Source: Octopus sinensis (taxonomy: Eukaryota). Taken from it: a stretch of DNA of 64,000 bases. This document shows positions 25,691-39,370 of the stretch, piece after piece. The stretch lies in contig NC_043001.1 of NCBI RefSeq assembly GCF_006345805.1, positions 125,302,001 to 125,366,000 of the forward strand, written 5' to 3'. The notes below the pieces were generated by a model. It made no database searches, was not told where the DNA came from, and saw only the letters and a program-made list of their open reading frames with translations. Position 1 is the stretch's first letter; each line of letters begins with the position of its first letter. A program made the translations under genes and the position numbers.

Positions 25691-26788
25691 ATGTCTGCCA
25701 ACACGGTTAAACATACTAAACTAAACTAGCAAGGAAACCCCCATCATTGGGGTTGGAGAGCCATTGATGGAGCGGCAGCAAACTCAAACACAGCCTCGAA
25801 TAGTAAAAACTCTAGCTATGCTACTATCTAAGCCTCTACTAACTACTTCGTTCAGTGCTTTCTTCCCAAACTTCATCCCTTAAAATGCCCTCCTTGCCCT
25901 TGTTCTTTTTTCATTCGCCATCATTTTACTTCAGGGGTCCTGAGAGAGAGCTACGAGTAAAACATCTTCCTTTAGATAAAACCCATTAAAATCTTTATAT
26001 CTTTATACATTCTGTTTAAAGTCCATTCCTCCTGGGTCGATAAAATATACACAGTTCAAGTATTGGGGTGGTTTACGTCAAGTATACCCTACGCCATCCG
26101 CATTCCACCCAATATGCGTTGTTCCAAAATTAGAAAATCATTACGAATATATGTATGAATGTATGTATGTATGTATGTATGTATGTATGTATGTATGTAT
26201 GTATGTATGTATGTATGTATGTATGTATGTATGTATGTATGTATGTATGTATGTATGTATGTATGTATGTATGTATGTATGTATGTATATATCATATAGA
26301 TGTATGCGTATGTGTACATATATATGAGTGTATCTATAGATATATGTATATATATATGAATGTATGTATATATGTATCTATTTATGTATTGTCCACATCC
26401 TCTCTTTCCTTTCAGTGAAGTAATCGATTATGTCTTTCTTTTACATTTGCAACAAAAGCTATTAATCGATAAGTACATTTCCAATAAGGATAAAAAAACT
26501 AAAAAGGTAAAAAAAAAAGAAATAATAATAATAATATTAGAGAAAAACAAAAAAAAATATAATAAATACAAATGTTTCGATCTGGGTCACTTCTAGATGC
26601 AGATAGATATTTTCAATGACAAGGCTAAGTAAGTTAACGGGACACACACACACACAACATCGTAATAAATACACTTCGCATTGTTTTATTTTTGCAGCAC
26701 TCATTGACGTGTGCAAAGCAGCGTGGCTTAGAAGTTCGTTTCGCTATTATCTATTATGCGAGTTCAGGTTCGAACCCTCAATGGGGCA

Positions 26789-27266
26789 CTGGCAGAAACG
26801 TTAGCGCACCGGGCGAAATGCTTAGCGGTATTTCGTCCGAGTTAAGGCAGCGAGCTGGCAGAATCGTTAGCGCGCCGGGCGAAATGCTTAGCGGTATTTC
26901 GTCTGCCGCTATGTTCTGAGTTCAAATTCCGCCGAGGTCGACTTTGCCTTTCATCCTTTCGGGGTCGATAAATTAAGTACCAGTTACGCACTGGAGTCGA
27001 TGTGATCGACTTAATACCTATGTCTGTCCTTGTTTGTCCCCTCTATGTTTAGCCCCTTGTGGGTAGTAAAGAAATAGGCATTTCGTCTGCCGCTACGTTC
27101 TGAGTTCAAATTCCGCCGAGGTCGACTTTGCCTTTCATCCTTTCGGGGTCGATGAATTAAGTACCAGTTACGCACTGGAGTCGATGTGATCGACTTAATC
27201 CGTTTGTCTGTCCTTGTTTGTCCTCTCTGTGTTTAGCCCCTTGTGGGTAGTAAAGAAATAGGTATT
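26789..27266 (+). mobile_element. SINE family N: extra head plus head-body-body dimer
   Basis: Body junction aaagaaataggcatttcgtctgcc at ~27070-27092. Confidence 0.9.
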
Positions 27267-27627
27267 GCTCTTCCATTGTTGACCAATAATGTTGACCAAT
27301 AAACCGTGTGAGTAAGATTTCTCGACGGAGACGATTGTGCTGTGCCGAAGCTTGCCGCGCGCGGCACCTGTAATGGTAAGTAAGGCAGCGAGCTGGCAGA
27401 ATCGTCAGCGAGTCGAGACAAAATGCAGAATTTCTTCCGGCTTTGCGTTCTGAGTTCAAATTCGGCCGAGCTTGACTTTGCCTTTCATCCTTTCGCGATC
27501 GATAGTATAAGTACTCGTTATCGACAACCCCCCCCATCCCAATATTTAAGGGCTTGTGTCTATAGTAGAAACGAATTGTTATGTAATAATCAAATTATAT
27601 ATTATTCACTTTATTATGCTTTGTTAC

Positions 27628-27920
27628 CTCAACGGTTAGGATGTCGGGCTCACAATCATGATGTAGTGAGTTCGATTCCTGGACCGGGCTGAGTGTTATG
27701 ATCTTGAGCAAGACACTTTATTTCACTCAGCTGTAAAAATGAGTTGCGATGTCAGTGGTGCCAAGCTGGATAACATCGGTGGTGTGGCGTGGAGAGGGAG
27801 GCTGATATGTATGGACGTTTACTGGTCTTCCATAAACAACCTTGCCCGGACTTGTGCTTGGGAGGGTAACTTTCTAGAAGCAATCCCATGGTCATTCATG
27901 ACCGAAGAAGGTTTTTATTC
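27628..27920 (+). mobile_element. SINE family M, diverged
   Basis: Reverse-complement homolog of 19945-20283. Confidence 0.75.
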
Positions 27921-28055
27921 TTTGTATAAATCCCTCGGTCAGTCGTAAAATTGTCTTGCAGGAAACCTACCCATGGCGCAAAAAAGATTAAGAACTTCTG
28001 CCCTAAGCTTTTCGTCCAAAATTGATTTACTCGTATTATTCTTTCGTTTTCAGAT

Positions 28056-28496
28056 TGGCGAGCTGACAGAATCGTCAGCACGCCGGATAAGATGCTAAGC
28101 AGCATTTCGTCCGTCTTTACGTTTTGTGTTCAAATTTCGCCGAGTCAATAAAAATAAGTACCAGTTGAGCACTGGGGTCGATTTAATCGACTAAGCCCTC
28201 TTCCCACCCCGAAGTTTCTGGCCTTGTGCTAAAAGTTTGAAATCAATATATATTTCTTTACTGCCCACAAGGGGCTAAACATAGAGAGGACAAACAAGAA
28301 CAGACAAACGGATTAAGTCGATTACATCGACCCCAGTGCGAAACTGGTACTTTATTTATCGACCCCGAAAAGATGAAAGGCAAAGTCGACCTCGGCGGAA
28401 TTTGAACTCAGAACGTAACGACAGACGAAATACCGCTAAGCATTTCGCCCGGCGCGCTAACGTTTCTGCCAGCTCGCCGCCTTTGAAATCAATATA
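28056..28496. mobile_element. Young SINE N (minus, 28251-28481) inserted tail-to-tail into an older N-related SINE (plus), 15-bp TSD
   Basis: tttgaaatcaatata at 28236-28250 and 28482-28496. Confidence 0.85.
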
Positions 28497-29170
28497 ACAT
28501 GGCAGAAAGGCGGTGAGCTGGCAGAACCGTTAGTATAGTGGGCAAAACGCTTAGTGACATTTCGTCCGCTTTCACGTTTTGAGTTCAAATTCCGCCGAGG
28601 TCGACTTGCAAGTGCTACCAATCAAGAGCTCTGCATACCGGAAGCCAGCAAGTGTATGGGGTCATCAGGAGAGAATGGCCGCCGTTTCATACATCAAGAA
28701 AATGACAAAAAGGGAGAGGGAGAGAGCGAGGGGGGGAGAGAGGGAGGAGAAAAGAAAGAGAGAGAGGCAGACAGACAGACAGACAAACAGACCGACAGAA
28801 AGAGACAGAGACAGAGGAAGAGGGAGAGAAAGGAAGAGAGAGAGAGACAGAAACAGGGAGACAGAGAGAAGGAAACAATGAGAGAGAAGGAAACAATGAG
28901 AGAGAAGAGAGAGGTTTGAAAATAATGGGACGAGAATAACAATAACACTTCAACACACAAAGCAAAATCAATTGCTCAGGATTTTGAGGTCAGTGGGGGG
29001 GATGAGGGGATGAGGGGATGAGGGGATGAGGGGAAGGAGGAGGAGGGAAAAAGAGGTGAAGAGGAAGAAGCGAAGGACGGTGAAAAGAGAAGTCATGACG
29101 CCAGACAGGTTTCTTGTTTTCAGTGCAAGTCTTCAGCATCGCAATTATTGTAGTTACCGCCTATAGAAAG

Positions 29171-29267
<97 letters not shown>

Positions 29268-29459
29268 GAATGACCAAATGAAAGGACGAATGGATGGATG
29301 AATGAATGAATGAATGTTGCCATCTTGGCTGGTCAACTCTTCCAATTAGCAGCTCGCCTCTGGACCTGTTTACACTCCCACGCAATAGCCACCATGACTA
29401 CGACGACGATGACAACGACGATGACAACAACAATGATACGACGACGACGACCACCACCA

Positions 29460-29491
<32 letters not shown>

Positions 29492-30304
29492 TCACCATCA
29501 ACGTCATCTTATTTATGTCATCATTCGTTTAAGGAGATGCGGTGCTCTGGCTTGGCTGAATCATCAGAGCGTAGTAACGACGGCGACGCGTTGCTGTAAA
29601 CTGTTCCGGGCCCTTTGTGTTCTGAGTTCAAATCCACCCGTGGTCAACGTTTGTGGTAGTAGACTCCGTGCTTCATCCAGTTTAATACCGCCATTGATTA
29701 GAGAACACTTGAAGTAAAGCAACAGCAACAGCAACAACAACAACAACACTATCATCACCACCGTCATCATCATCGTCACCACCACCACCACCACCACCAC
29801 CACTACCACCACCACTACCACCACCACTACCACCACCACTACCACCACCATCATCATTATCATCATCGTAACCACCACCACCACCACTACCACCACCATC
29901 ATCATTATCATCATCGTAACCACCACCACCATCACCACTACCACCACCACTACCACCACCACTACCACCACCATCATCATTATCATCATCGTAACCGCCG
30001 ACACTGCCAGCCCAGCCAGTACTATTTTCCTGACCATCTCCCACGACAACCATCCATGCCATTACCAACCTCATTTTCATCATTTATCATCATCGTCGTC
30101 AACGACAACAATCTCGACAGTCAAAGACAGTTTGCTATGGCTATAACAAGCTCTTCAGTGCCATCCATCGATGGCACCAGTTCAATGTTCATTACAGAAA
30201 CAGTTATAGACCCTGACCCCGCAGAACATGCCTTCAGTTTCACTTCTGGAGGAGAACAGATGTACAATCACAATCGCTTCCACCTCTTACTGCAGGACCA
30301 ACCT

Positions 30305-31078
30305 TGTCTCACTCACTCACTCATTCACTCACTCACTCACTCACTCAATCACTCATTCATTCACTCACTCATTCACTCACTCACTTATTCACTCACTCAC
30401 TTACTCATTCACTCATTCACTCACTCACTTATTCACTCACTCACTCACTCATTCACTCATTCACTCACTCACTCACTCACTCACTCATTCATTCACTCAT
30501 TCACTCACTCACTCACTCACTCACTCATTCACTCATTCACTCAATCACTTATTCACTCACTCACTTACTCATTCACTCACTCAATGACTCACTTATTCAC
30601 TCACTCACTCACTCACTCACTCACTCACTCACTCATTCACTCATTCACTCACTCACTTATTCACTCACTCACTTACTCATTCACTCACTCAATGACTCAC
30701 TTATTCACTCACTCACTCACTCACTCACTCACTCACTCATTCACTCATTCACTCACTCACTTATTCACTCACTCACTTACTCATTCACTCACTCATTCAC
30801 TCACTCAATGACTCACTTATTCACTCACTCACTCACTCACTCACTCACTCACTCATTCACTCACTCACTTATTCACTCACTCACTTACTCATTCACTCAC
30901 TCAATGACTCACTTATTCACTCACTCACTCACTCACTCACTCATTCACTCATTCACTCACTCACTTATTCACTCACTCACTTACTCATTCACTCACTCAA
31001 TGACTCACTCATTCACTCACTCACTTACTTACTCACTCACTCACTCACTCACTCTCTCACTCACTCACTCACTCACTC
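30305..31078. repeat. (CACT)n/(CATT) array with a 96-116-bp higher-order repeat
   Basis: aatgactcac marker at 30583, 30691, 30807, 30903 and 30999. Confidence 0.92.
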
Positions 31079-31686
31079 GAGCTGTTTATCTATCCACACA
31101 CTCACACGCACACACACACACACACATACATACACGTATATATGTACGTGTGTGTATACAAATATTTCCTTTTGTAAATATTTATTATGCAAGCTATGTC
31201 CTTATGTATGTATGTATGTATGTATGTATGTATGTATGTATGTATGTATGTATGTATGTATGGATGGATGGATGGATGGATGTGTCTGTCTGTCTGTTTG
31301 TTTATCTCTTTCTGTATACGTGAATACGTGTATGTATGTACGTATGTATGCATGTATGTATGTATGTATATGTGTATGTATACGATTTCCTGTTATCATT
31401 ATTATTATCATTATTGTTTTTACGTATTATTTTTGTATTCATATTCGTGTAACATCGTCCGTTTTTCTGTCCTTGTTTTGTATACATTCGAAGCTTTCTT
31501 CCAAGGAATCTAATGCGCTTGGCTTAGATTTTCCTTTGGGGCTGGCCAGATTGGAGCAATCTCAAGATTAATCAGCCGAAATTGCGAGGATTATCCTGTT
31601 CTTGACTGAAGATTGAAGGTTTCCAATGTCCCATCCGTGTTTTTTTTATCGTCTTTAAAATGTTTTGCGTTCTTGTCCCAGTTTGT

Positions 31687-31741
<55 letters not shown>

Positions 31742-31745
<4 letters not shown>

Positions 31746-31941
31746 AGAGTTTACGAAAAAAACAAAAGACGAAGTCAGGTGGTGTAGAAAACAAACAGAT
31801 GTATTAGTATAACGCTCAGGAATAGAAAAAGTCTTTTACGTTTCGAGCCTACGCTCTTCTACAGAAAGGGACACAGAAAAAAACAAGGAGAGAAACAAGG
31901 AGAGAAAAAAATGTGTGTAGTGGCTAACGATCTATCATGGC
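31742..31941 (-). mobile_element. Penelope-derived repeat with hammerhead-like motif, (TA)n-tailed
   Basis: rc ctttctgtagaagagcgtaggctcgaaacgtaaaagac; homologous to 7698-7922. Confidence 0.65.
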
Positions 31942-32442
31942 AACTAGTGCTGATATACATACATACACACACATAATATATATATATACATATATATATA
32001 CACACATATATATACACACATGCGCGCGCAAACACAAACCTAGCAACCAACAACTTTCCCACCTTATCGAATTATCCACTTAGTGCTCATCACAAACGGA
32101 AAGCTTTTCCACACTTCTCTTATGTGAGCGTGCACGCGGTTGTATGTGTCTGTACGTGCGCGTATGTGTGTGTGTGTGTGTGTGGTGTGTGTACGTGTGT
32201 GTGTGTGTGTGTGCATGCACGTGTGTGTGTGTATGTGTATGACGTCTTCCCCACCCGCCCCCACATACAAACATACACAAAATATTCAGAATAAATAAAC
32301 AGAAGAAATGAGAACAATAGAGAAAAATTTCTACTTCCCTTGTGTACTCAACGAGAAATAATGTGAGAGCGAGAGAAGAGTGACAGACAGAAACACAGCT
32401 AGAGAGAGAGAGAGAGAGCGGGAGAGAGTAAGAGAGAGAGTA

Positions 32443-32473
<31 letters not shown>

Positions 32474-32909
32474 AGAGAGAAGAGAGAGAGAGAGAGAGCC
32501 AGAGCCAGAGCCACGGCTAGATACATGCAGACAATCAGGCAGACAGAATCGCGAATGGCTGCAATGCTGTAGGTGGACGTCGTTTTGGAAACATGAATTA
32601 AGGGCAAAGTGCGTTGTGGGTGGCTTCTATTTAAATGCGATTGTAAAGACGAATGGAATCTTACCGAAACTCAATATCTCTTTCTAATTATATTTACAGA
32701 AAATTTTCTTCAATTTCGTTTCATTCCTTTTTTTAATTTTTTTATTATTTTACATTCACTTTTGAATAATTTTTTTTTTGTCTAGTTTTGATATATTTTT
32801 TTTATGTTGGTAGGTATGTGCTTTTCTTTATCATATATTTATATATTTCATTTTATTGTTTTCCTGTTTACAAGACTTGTCAGTAACATTTCGGTTATTG
32901 AATGCGGAT

Positions 32910-33300
32910 GGTGGAGGCGCAATGGCCCAGTGGTTAGGGCAGCGGACTCGCGGTCGTAGGATCGCGGTTTCGATTCCCAGACCGGGCATTGTGAGTGTTT
33001 ATTGAGCGAAAACACCTAAAGCTTCACAAGGCTCCTGCAGGGTGTGATGGTGAACCCTGCTGTACTCTTTCACCACAACTTTCTCTCACTCTTTCTTCCT
33101 GTTTCTGTTGTACCTGTATTTCAAAAGGCCAGTCTTGTCACACTCTGTGTCACGCTGAATCTCCTCGAGAACTACGTTAAGGGTACACGTGTCTGTGGAG
33201 TGCTCAGCCACTTGCACGTTAATTCCACAAGCAAGCTGTTCCGTTGATCGTATCAGCTGGGACCCTCATCGTCGTAACCGACGGAGTGCTCCTAACTAAT
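32910..33300 (+). mobile_element. SINE family R with 13-bp TSD
   Basis: attgaatgcggat at 32897-32909 and 33302-33314. Confidence 0.9.
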
Positions 33301-33405
33301 AATTGAATGCGGATCTGTTGGCTGGTTGGCTACTTGGTTGGTTAGGTGGTTGGCTAGATGGGTCGTTTTTTTGTAAGAGGTTCTTATCGTGTGCGTGTAG
33401 GGAAG

Positions 33406-33860
33406 GGCCGGGCGAAATGCTTAGCAGTATTTCGTCTGTCGCTGCGTTCTGAGTTCAAATTCCGCCGAGGTCGACTTTGCCTTTCATCCTTTCGGAGTCG
33501 ATAAATAAAGTACCAGTTTCGCACTGGGGTCGATGTAATCGACTTAATCCGTTTGTCTGTCCTTGTTTGTCCCCTCTATGTTTAGCCCCTTGTGGGCAGT
33601 AAAGAAATATATATAGATTTCAAACTTTAGCACAAGGCCAGAAACTTCGGGGTGGGAGGAGAGCTTAGTCGATTAAATCGACCCCAGTGCTCAACTGGTA
33701 TTTATTTTTATCGTCCCCGAAAGGATGAAAGGCAAAGTCGATCTCGGTGAAATTTGAACACAAGTTTCGCAGTGGGGTCGATGTAATCGACTTAATCCCT
33801 TTGTCTGTCCTTGTTTGTCCCCTCTATGTTTAGCCCCTTGTGGGCAGTAAAGAAATATAT
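33406..33860. mobile_element. SINE N cluster (plus body, minus older copy, repeated plus tail)
   Basis: 33420-33710 is the reverse complement of ~28150-28450; 33763-33860 repeats 33516-33612. Confidence 0.85.
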
Positions 33861-33894
33861 ATACATGTAAATATCTGTGTTGTACATATTCTTC

Positions 33895-34256
33895 TATTCT
33901 TTTATTTGTTTCAGTCACTTGACTGCGGCCATGCTGGAGCACCGCCTTTAGTCGAGCAAATCGACCCCAGGACTTATTTGTAAGCCTAGTACTTATTCTA
34001 TCGTTTTTTTTGTCGAACCGCTAAGTTACTGGGACTGAACACACCAACATCGGTTGTCAAGCGATGGTGGGGGGACAAACACAGACACACAAACACACTC
34101 ACGCACACACAATCACACACACACACACATATACGACGGGCTTCTTTCAGTTTCCGTCTACCAAATCTATTCACAAGGCTTTGGTCGGCCTGGGGATATA
34201 GGAGAAAACACTTGCCTAAGATGCCACGCAAGGGAACTAAACCCAGAACCACACAG
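33895..34256 (-). mobile_element. SINE family A
   Basis: Reverse-complement match. Confidence 0.85.
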
Positions 34257-35189
34257 CCAAATATATAACAGTTACAAGCCTCTAAAATTATATAATTTTA
34301 ACCAATCCGAAGCATTTGTTACTGAGATACCAGAAGTCGCAAAACACGCTCAAACTCTCTCTCACTCTCTCACTCACTCACTCACTCACTCACTCACTCA
34401 CTCTCTCTCTCTCTCTGTCTCTCTCTCTCTAACACACACACACTTACGCACGTCCGACTTAGAATACAAATGATATATAGAAAAGTATTATAAATCCCAC
34501 AAATCTTTGAACTTCTTTCTGTCAACACCTCAAATGTTAAAATCTCTTCCCTGAAGACGGAAGCTCATCTCCTTTCCCAATGGAATCAATCTACAAACAT
34601 TTTTGGACCACCGAGTCCCCAGAAACAGATGTTGGATATGTAATACTTTTCTTCAATCCCTTCAATTCTCTATATCATTTGTATTCTGTGTAAGTCTGTC
34701 CTTTTTGTATGTAAACATATATACATTTTTGCATTTCATGTATTTGATATATTTTATATATTGTTCTGTCTAACTTGCTTATCCCTGCATTTACTTGTAT
34801 ACCCGCTCAAGTTTAAAATCTCTTGAGCAATACAAAGAGTATTTTATACGGAGAATGTGTCTTAAATCTTAAACTAGAGACTGGTTTTTCATGTGTTCAC
34901 GCATGTAAATGGAGTCTTAAAAACTACCGTTAAATATATAATTATCATTGATGATAGACGTTAAAAAATGGTTAGTAGATGTAATATTGATGAGAAATAT
35001 ATATAATATAATATAATGTAATATAATATATTAATTAAATGGTGTAGATGGATGTTATGTCTTCTAAACGTGGCAACGTATTGGTATTTTACTGTAAACC
35101 CAATTAAGCACGTTTCTCATAAATATATCGTTGAAATTCTTATAATGATTTATAAAACTACATTTGAGATAAAACATATTATGTTAATA

Positions 35190-35640
35190 GTACTAGGTCG
35201 TCAAGTATGAAATTTGTAGAAGAGAAAAGTTTGCTAGTGTTTTATAAATACACGGAATAGTTTTATTCATGAAAGTATGCACCCTTATTGTCAATACACT
35301 TTTGCCATCTCAGCCCGGAACTGTAAATGCTTGGTAATCGAGAGTCAATAAAATCATGGAAGGTCTGTTTTACAACATCGTCGGAAATTTGTAGTAAGGT
35401 ATATATGGTAAACTTTGCTTATCATTTTCCGCCATTACTATATTTTGACAATCTTTACTTTTTGTTAGAAAGCTGACACATCTATTCACTTTGCGCTTTA
35501 TAAAGTATTTATAAATCGTTTTTTTTTTTTGCTATTTTCCTTTAAAGATTGATAAGTCGGAAATTCGTACAGTTTTGAAATATGACTTCTTTCTTGGAAG
35601 TACAGCATCAGAGACAGCTCGGAATATTAATTTCATACTT
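35190..35640. mobile_element. Rearranged mariner relic (C-terminus on minus, N-terminus on plus)
   Basis: Minus ~35400-35265: SDDVVKQTFHDFIDSR...LRWQKCIDNKGAYFHE*; plus ~35545-35630: KIDKSEIRTVLKYDFFLGSTASETARNIN. Confidence 0.7.
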
Positions 35641-36191
35641 GATGGCCTAATAATTACAACTTTAGTGTACTTAGTTTTAATATCAATTACCTTTTGAATA
35701 TCTTTGAATAAACTGATGTCTGCATGTCAATTTCTCCATTTCTTCCTTTTCTCATTCAAGTATATAAATAGTGTATACATACATACATACATACATACAT
35801 ACATAACATACATACATATGTACATACATATGTACATACATAGATGCTTGCATGCCTGCATACGTACGTACATACATACATACATATATATATAATGGAA
35901 TAATTACTGTGAAGCATTGTGTAGAATATATTGTATAAAAGATCGTGGGTAAGGCCAAAACAATACGAAGTAAATGCAAGGTAAATCACAAGGAAACAAA
36001 ATGTCAATTAATGTAGACTTACTTTGCATTCAACATTTCGGGGTTATGACACCATTTTCAAGAAATTCGCAAATGTTGGTGATGTGCGCACATTGGCAAC
36101 AATGAGACCGAATTGCATTTAGCACTCTTTTCGCTAACAACTGTTGACGCAATTTTTATTTTTCTCCGATATATATATATATAATATATAC

Positions 36192-36243
<52 letters not shown>

Positions 36244-36387
36244 ATGTATGTATGTATGTATGTATGTATGTATGTATGTATGATATATGCAGCCTGCTCG
36301 CAAATACACACAGCATATACATTGAGTATTTGTAGTTCATAATTTTTATAACATTAGCCAAGCTTTTATTCCTATTTGAATATATAT

Positions 36388-36439
<52 letters not shown>

Positions 36440-36648
36440 TATGTATATGTTTGTATGTCTGTTTGTCCCCCCCACCATCGCTTGACAACCGATTTTGGTG
36501 TGTTTATGTCCCCGTAACCTAGCGGTTCGGCAAAAGAGAACGCTAGAATAAGTACAGGGGTCGATTAGTTCGACTAAAGGCAGTGCTCCATCACGGCCGC
36601 CGTCAAATGACTGAAACAAGTAAAAGAGTAAAATGATAAAGAGTATAT

Positions 36649-36696
<48 letters not shown>

Positions 36697-36819
36697 TATA
36701 ATATATATATAATATATATATATAATTTATATAAAATTAATTTAGGGTAGAAATTGATATTTATCAAATAGAACCAGTGGTCTAGCATATTAAAAAAAGA
36801 ATCCGAAGATTAAAATATT

Positions 36820-37061
36820 TATATATACCAATTAAGGACTGAACACGAAAAGTGGACAGTCAACATGCTAGATATAGACGTCAAATCGCCATTCTCCACA
36901 AAAGATTATGTTCTCAGATCAAACTCAACACAAAACCATAGCAATAAACAAGTGAAAATATACGAAATAAATTTTGAGAACATAATCTTTTGTGGAGAAT
37001 GGCGATTTGACGTCTATATCTAGCATGTTGACTGTCCACTTTTCGTGTTCAGTCCTTAATT

Positions 37062-37071
<10 letters not shown>
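36820..37071. repeat. Perfect 97-bp inverted repeat with a 58-bp spacer (MITE-like foldback)
   Basis: 36820-36916 is the exact reverse complement of 36975-37071. Confidence 0.95.
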
Positions 37072-37101
<30 letters not shown>

Positions 37102-37102
<1 letters not shown>

Positions 37103-37899
37103 TAGACTACTCGTGACCCGGTGGGTTACCGGAAAAGTTTGAGTTCCCAACAACAGAGTTTTGTTTCGTGGGTTTTTTTCTTTTCCAGGTTATTTCGCAT
37201 GCTTTCAACAAATATGACATCGAAATCACGCGTCAGCGGCTCCTTTCCCCAGAAAAGGAAAGATTTGGCGACTATTTCTTGCACGCCCTGCTACCACATA
37301 ACAGGTATTTCGGGTCCTTTATCGAAAATAGCAGTTACGTGGTAGCAGGACATGCTAGAAATAGCAGCCAAATCTTCGGAAGTGAGATACGTTGAATGCA
37401 ATCGAAAAAAAACTAAAAAAAACTATGGGAAAATATTATTTAACGCCAAGATTACGAACGGGTCTTTTACGAAATATTTATGCAAAAAAAAATCTGTTTA
37501 AAGAAAGCTAAAATATAAATACTTATTGTACAAACAACTTACATATTTGAAATGATATCCACTTAGGAATATTTCTAAGTGATTAAAATATTGTGTTTAA
37601 CAATAGCGAAAAACAGAAATATTTACTGTAAAAAAACAAATCTTATAAGTCACTGTCTGATTTCAGGATAAAGTTAATTTCAGAGACTTTTCCCATTATG
37701 CATCGTTTTGGGTGTTTATACCTCGAAAACCCTTATTATCTTCACAACTAATTATCCGATTTACGCGAAATTTGTTTTTTCCATTCGTATTTACATTTCA
37801 GGGGAAGTTTAATTTATTGTATTTTCCTATAATGCGCCAGTTTGGCTGAGTAACATTGCAAGCAAGCAAGATTCAAACTTACTTTTAATGTATTATAGA
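37102..37899 (-). mobile_element. Non-autonomous Helitron (~800 bp)
   Basis: Minus strand: A|TCTATAATAC 5' end at 37899; 3' hairpin ccggt-aaccc-accgg about 12 nt before a terminal CTAG|T at 37102; no TSD. Confidence 0.7.
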
Positions 37900-39308
37900 T
37901 AGATATATGTATGCATATTGGAGGGAGATGAAAATTGTGTGTGTGCATGTGTGTATATGTATGCATGTATGTATGTACACACACACACACACACACACGT
38001 ACATATTTTGTTTTTAACCGCAGCATATCCATAAGAGATGTTATTTCTGGGCGAATACCAGAGTAAATTGCCTTTAAACGATGTATTTACATTAAGTGTG
38101 ATACATAAACGCCTGTAGTATACAGTACATTATAGCAATGAAAAAGAAGTAAAGATTAATCAACGTGGCAAGGAGTGTTAAGAAACAGTTCAGTAGTTGT
38201 GCTTTTAGGCGATGTAATTCTCACATGTCGATGTTAAAAAACTAGAAGTTCTGAATATTTTAAATGTAGTAATTATTTGTGCCTGTGTACCACAAGTCGA
38301 AAACGAAGCGATTCTTTCTATGTCGAGTTAAGAGGAATCAGACGAACAGATTGACCCGATGAATGCGACTGTAGTAAAAGTAACGAAAATTACTATACCA
38401 GTTGCTGGTTCATTCGATATTCGCAAAACATTAAATATCAACGAAAACATCGGAAAAGGGATATCAATTCTGCCTGACTAAAGAAAGGTAAAGAAAAAAG
38501 AAAAAGTAAAACTAGAAAACAGAGTACAAAAGAATGTGTGATCTTGAAGAGGAGAGAATGTTACGAATGACACATTTTTCAATGCAGGTTACGAAAGCAA
38601 TTTACGAAACTGCATGTTCCAGTGGTTCCCATTCTTTATTTCTTGAATATGGAGGTGTAAATAGCAGAGCGCGATCCAGTGAACTATGATAAGAAACTAC
38701 AGAAGAAGTATCAGAGCACTTATTTGATATTGTATTGACCCTTAAATCCATTGAAAGCTTAGTATTTCTAGCTGGTGTAGCAGGAATGTACAAAAAAAGG
38801 AAAACATCTGAGAGATGGATTTCGAATTGGAAAAAAGGTATCATGGCAGGAAGTAAAAGAAATTTCGAGAATGTGAAATCTGGAAGATTGATAAAAAAAA
38901 ACCCCCATAGAACGGAATTACTTGATATGATGATGCAATCAAAGTGCAGTAAGCAGTAGAGGTTTTTTTTTGTTGTTCCTTTTAGTTAAGTGGTAGAAAT
39001 AGTAAATGTAATATCATGGGAAACAAAAGTGCTATTGATTGATAACGAGGAAATCGATTTTTCTAAATTGATTCGGAAGGATATTACTACCAATTTACTT
39101 CATCGACATAGAGCGAGAATTATCGAATTAGAAATTCTTCATTCAAGAAAATAACGAAAGCCAAAACATCATCGGATCAGGACGCTAAAGAAGCGGTAGA
39201 TTATATATCTGGGATTTTGCCGCATGACAAATTTGATATCACTGGACGAATTGTTGCAGTTAGTGATCATAACAAAGAATACTGCTTCTTAGAGCTGCTG
39301 TAGAAGCT

Positions 39309-39370
<62 letters not shown>

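Noticed and set aside
29682-30083. Gly-rich GGGS/YDDDNDD protein on the minus strand
   Set aside because: It is the antisense reading of the (CAC/CAT)n higher-order repeat, with no independent support.
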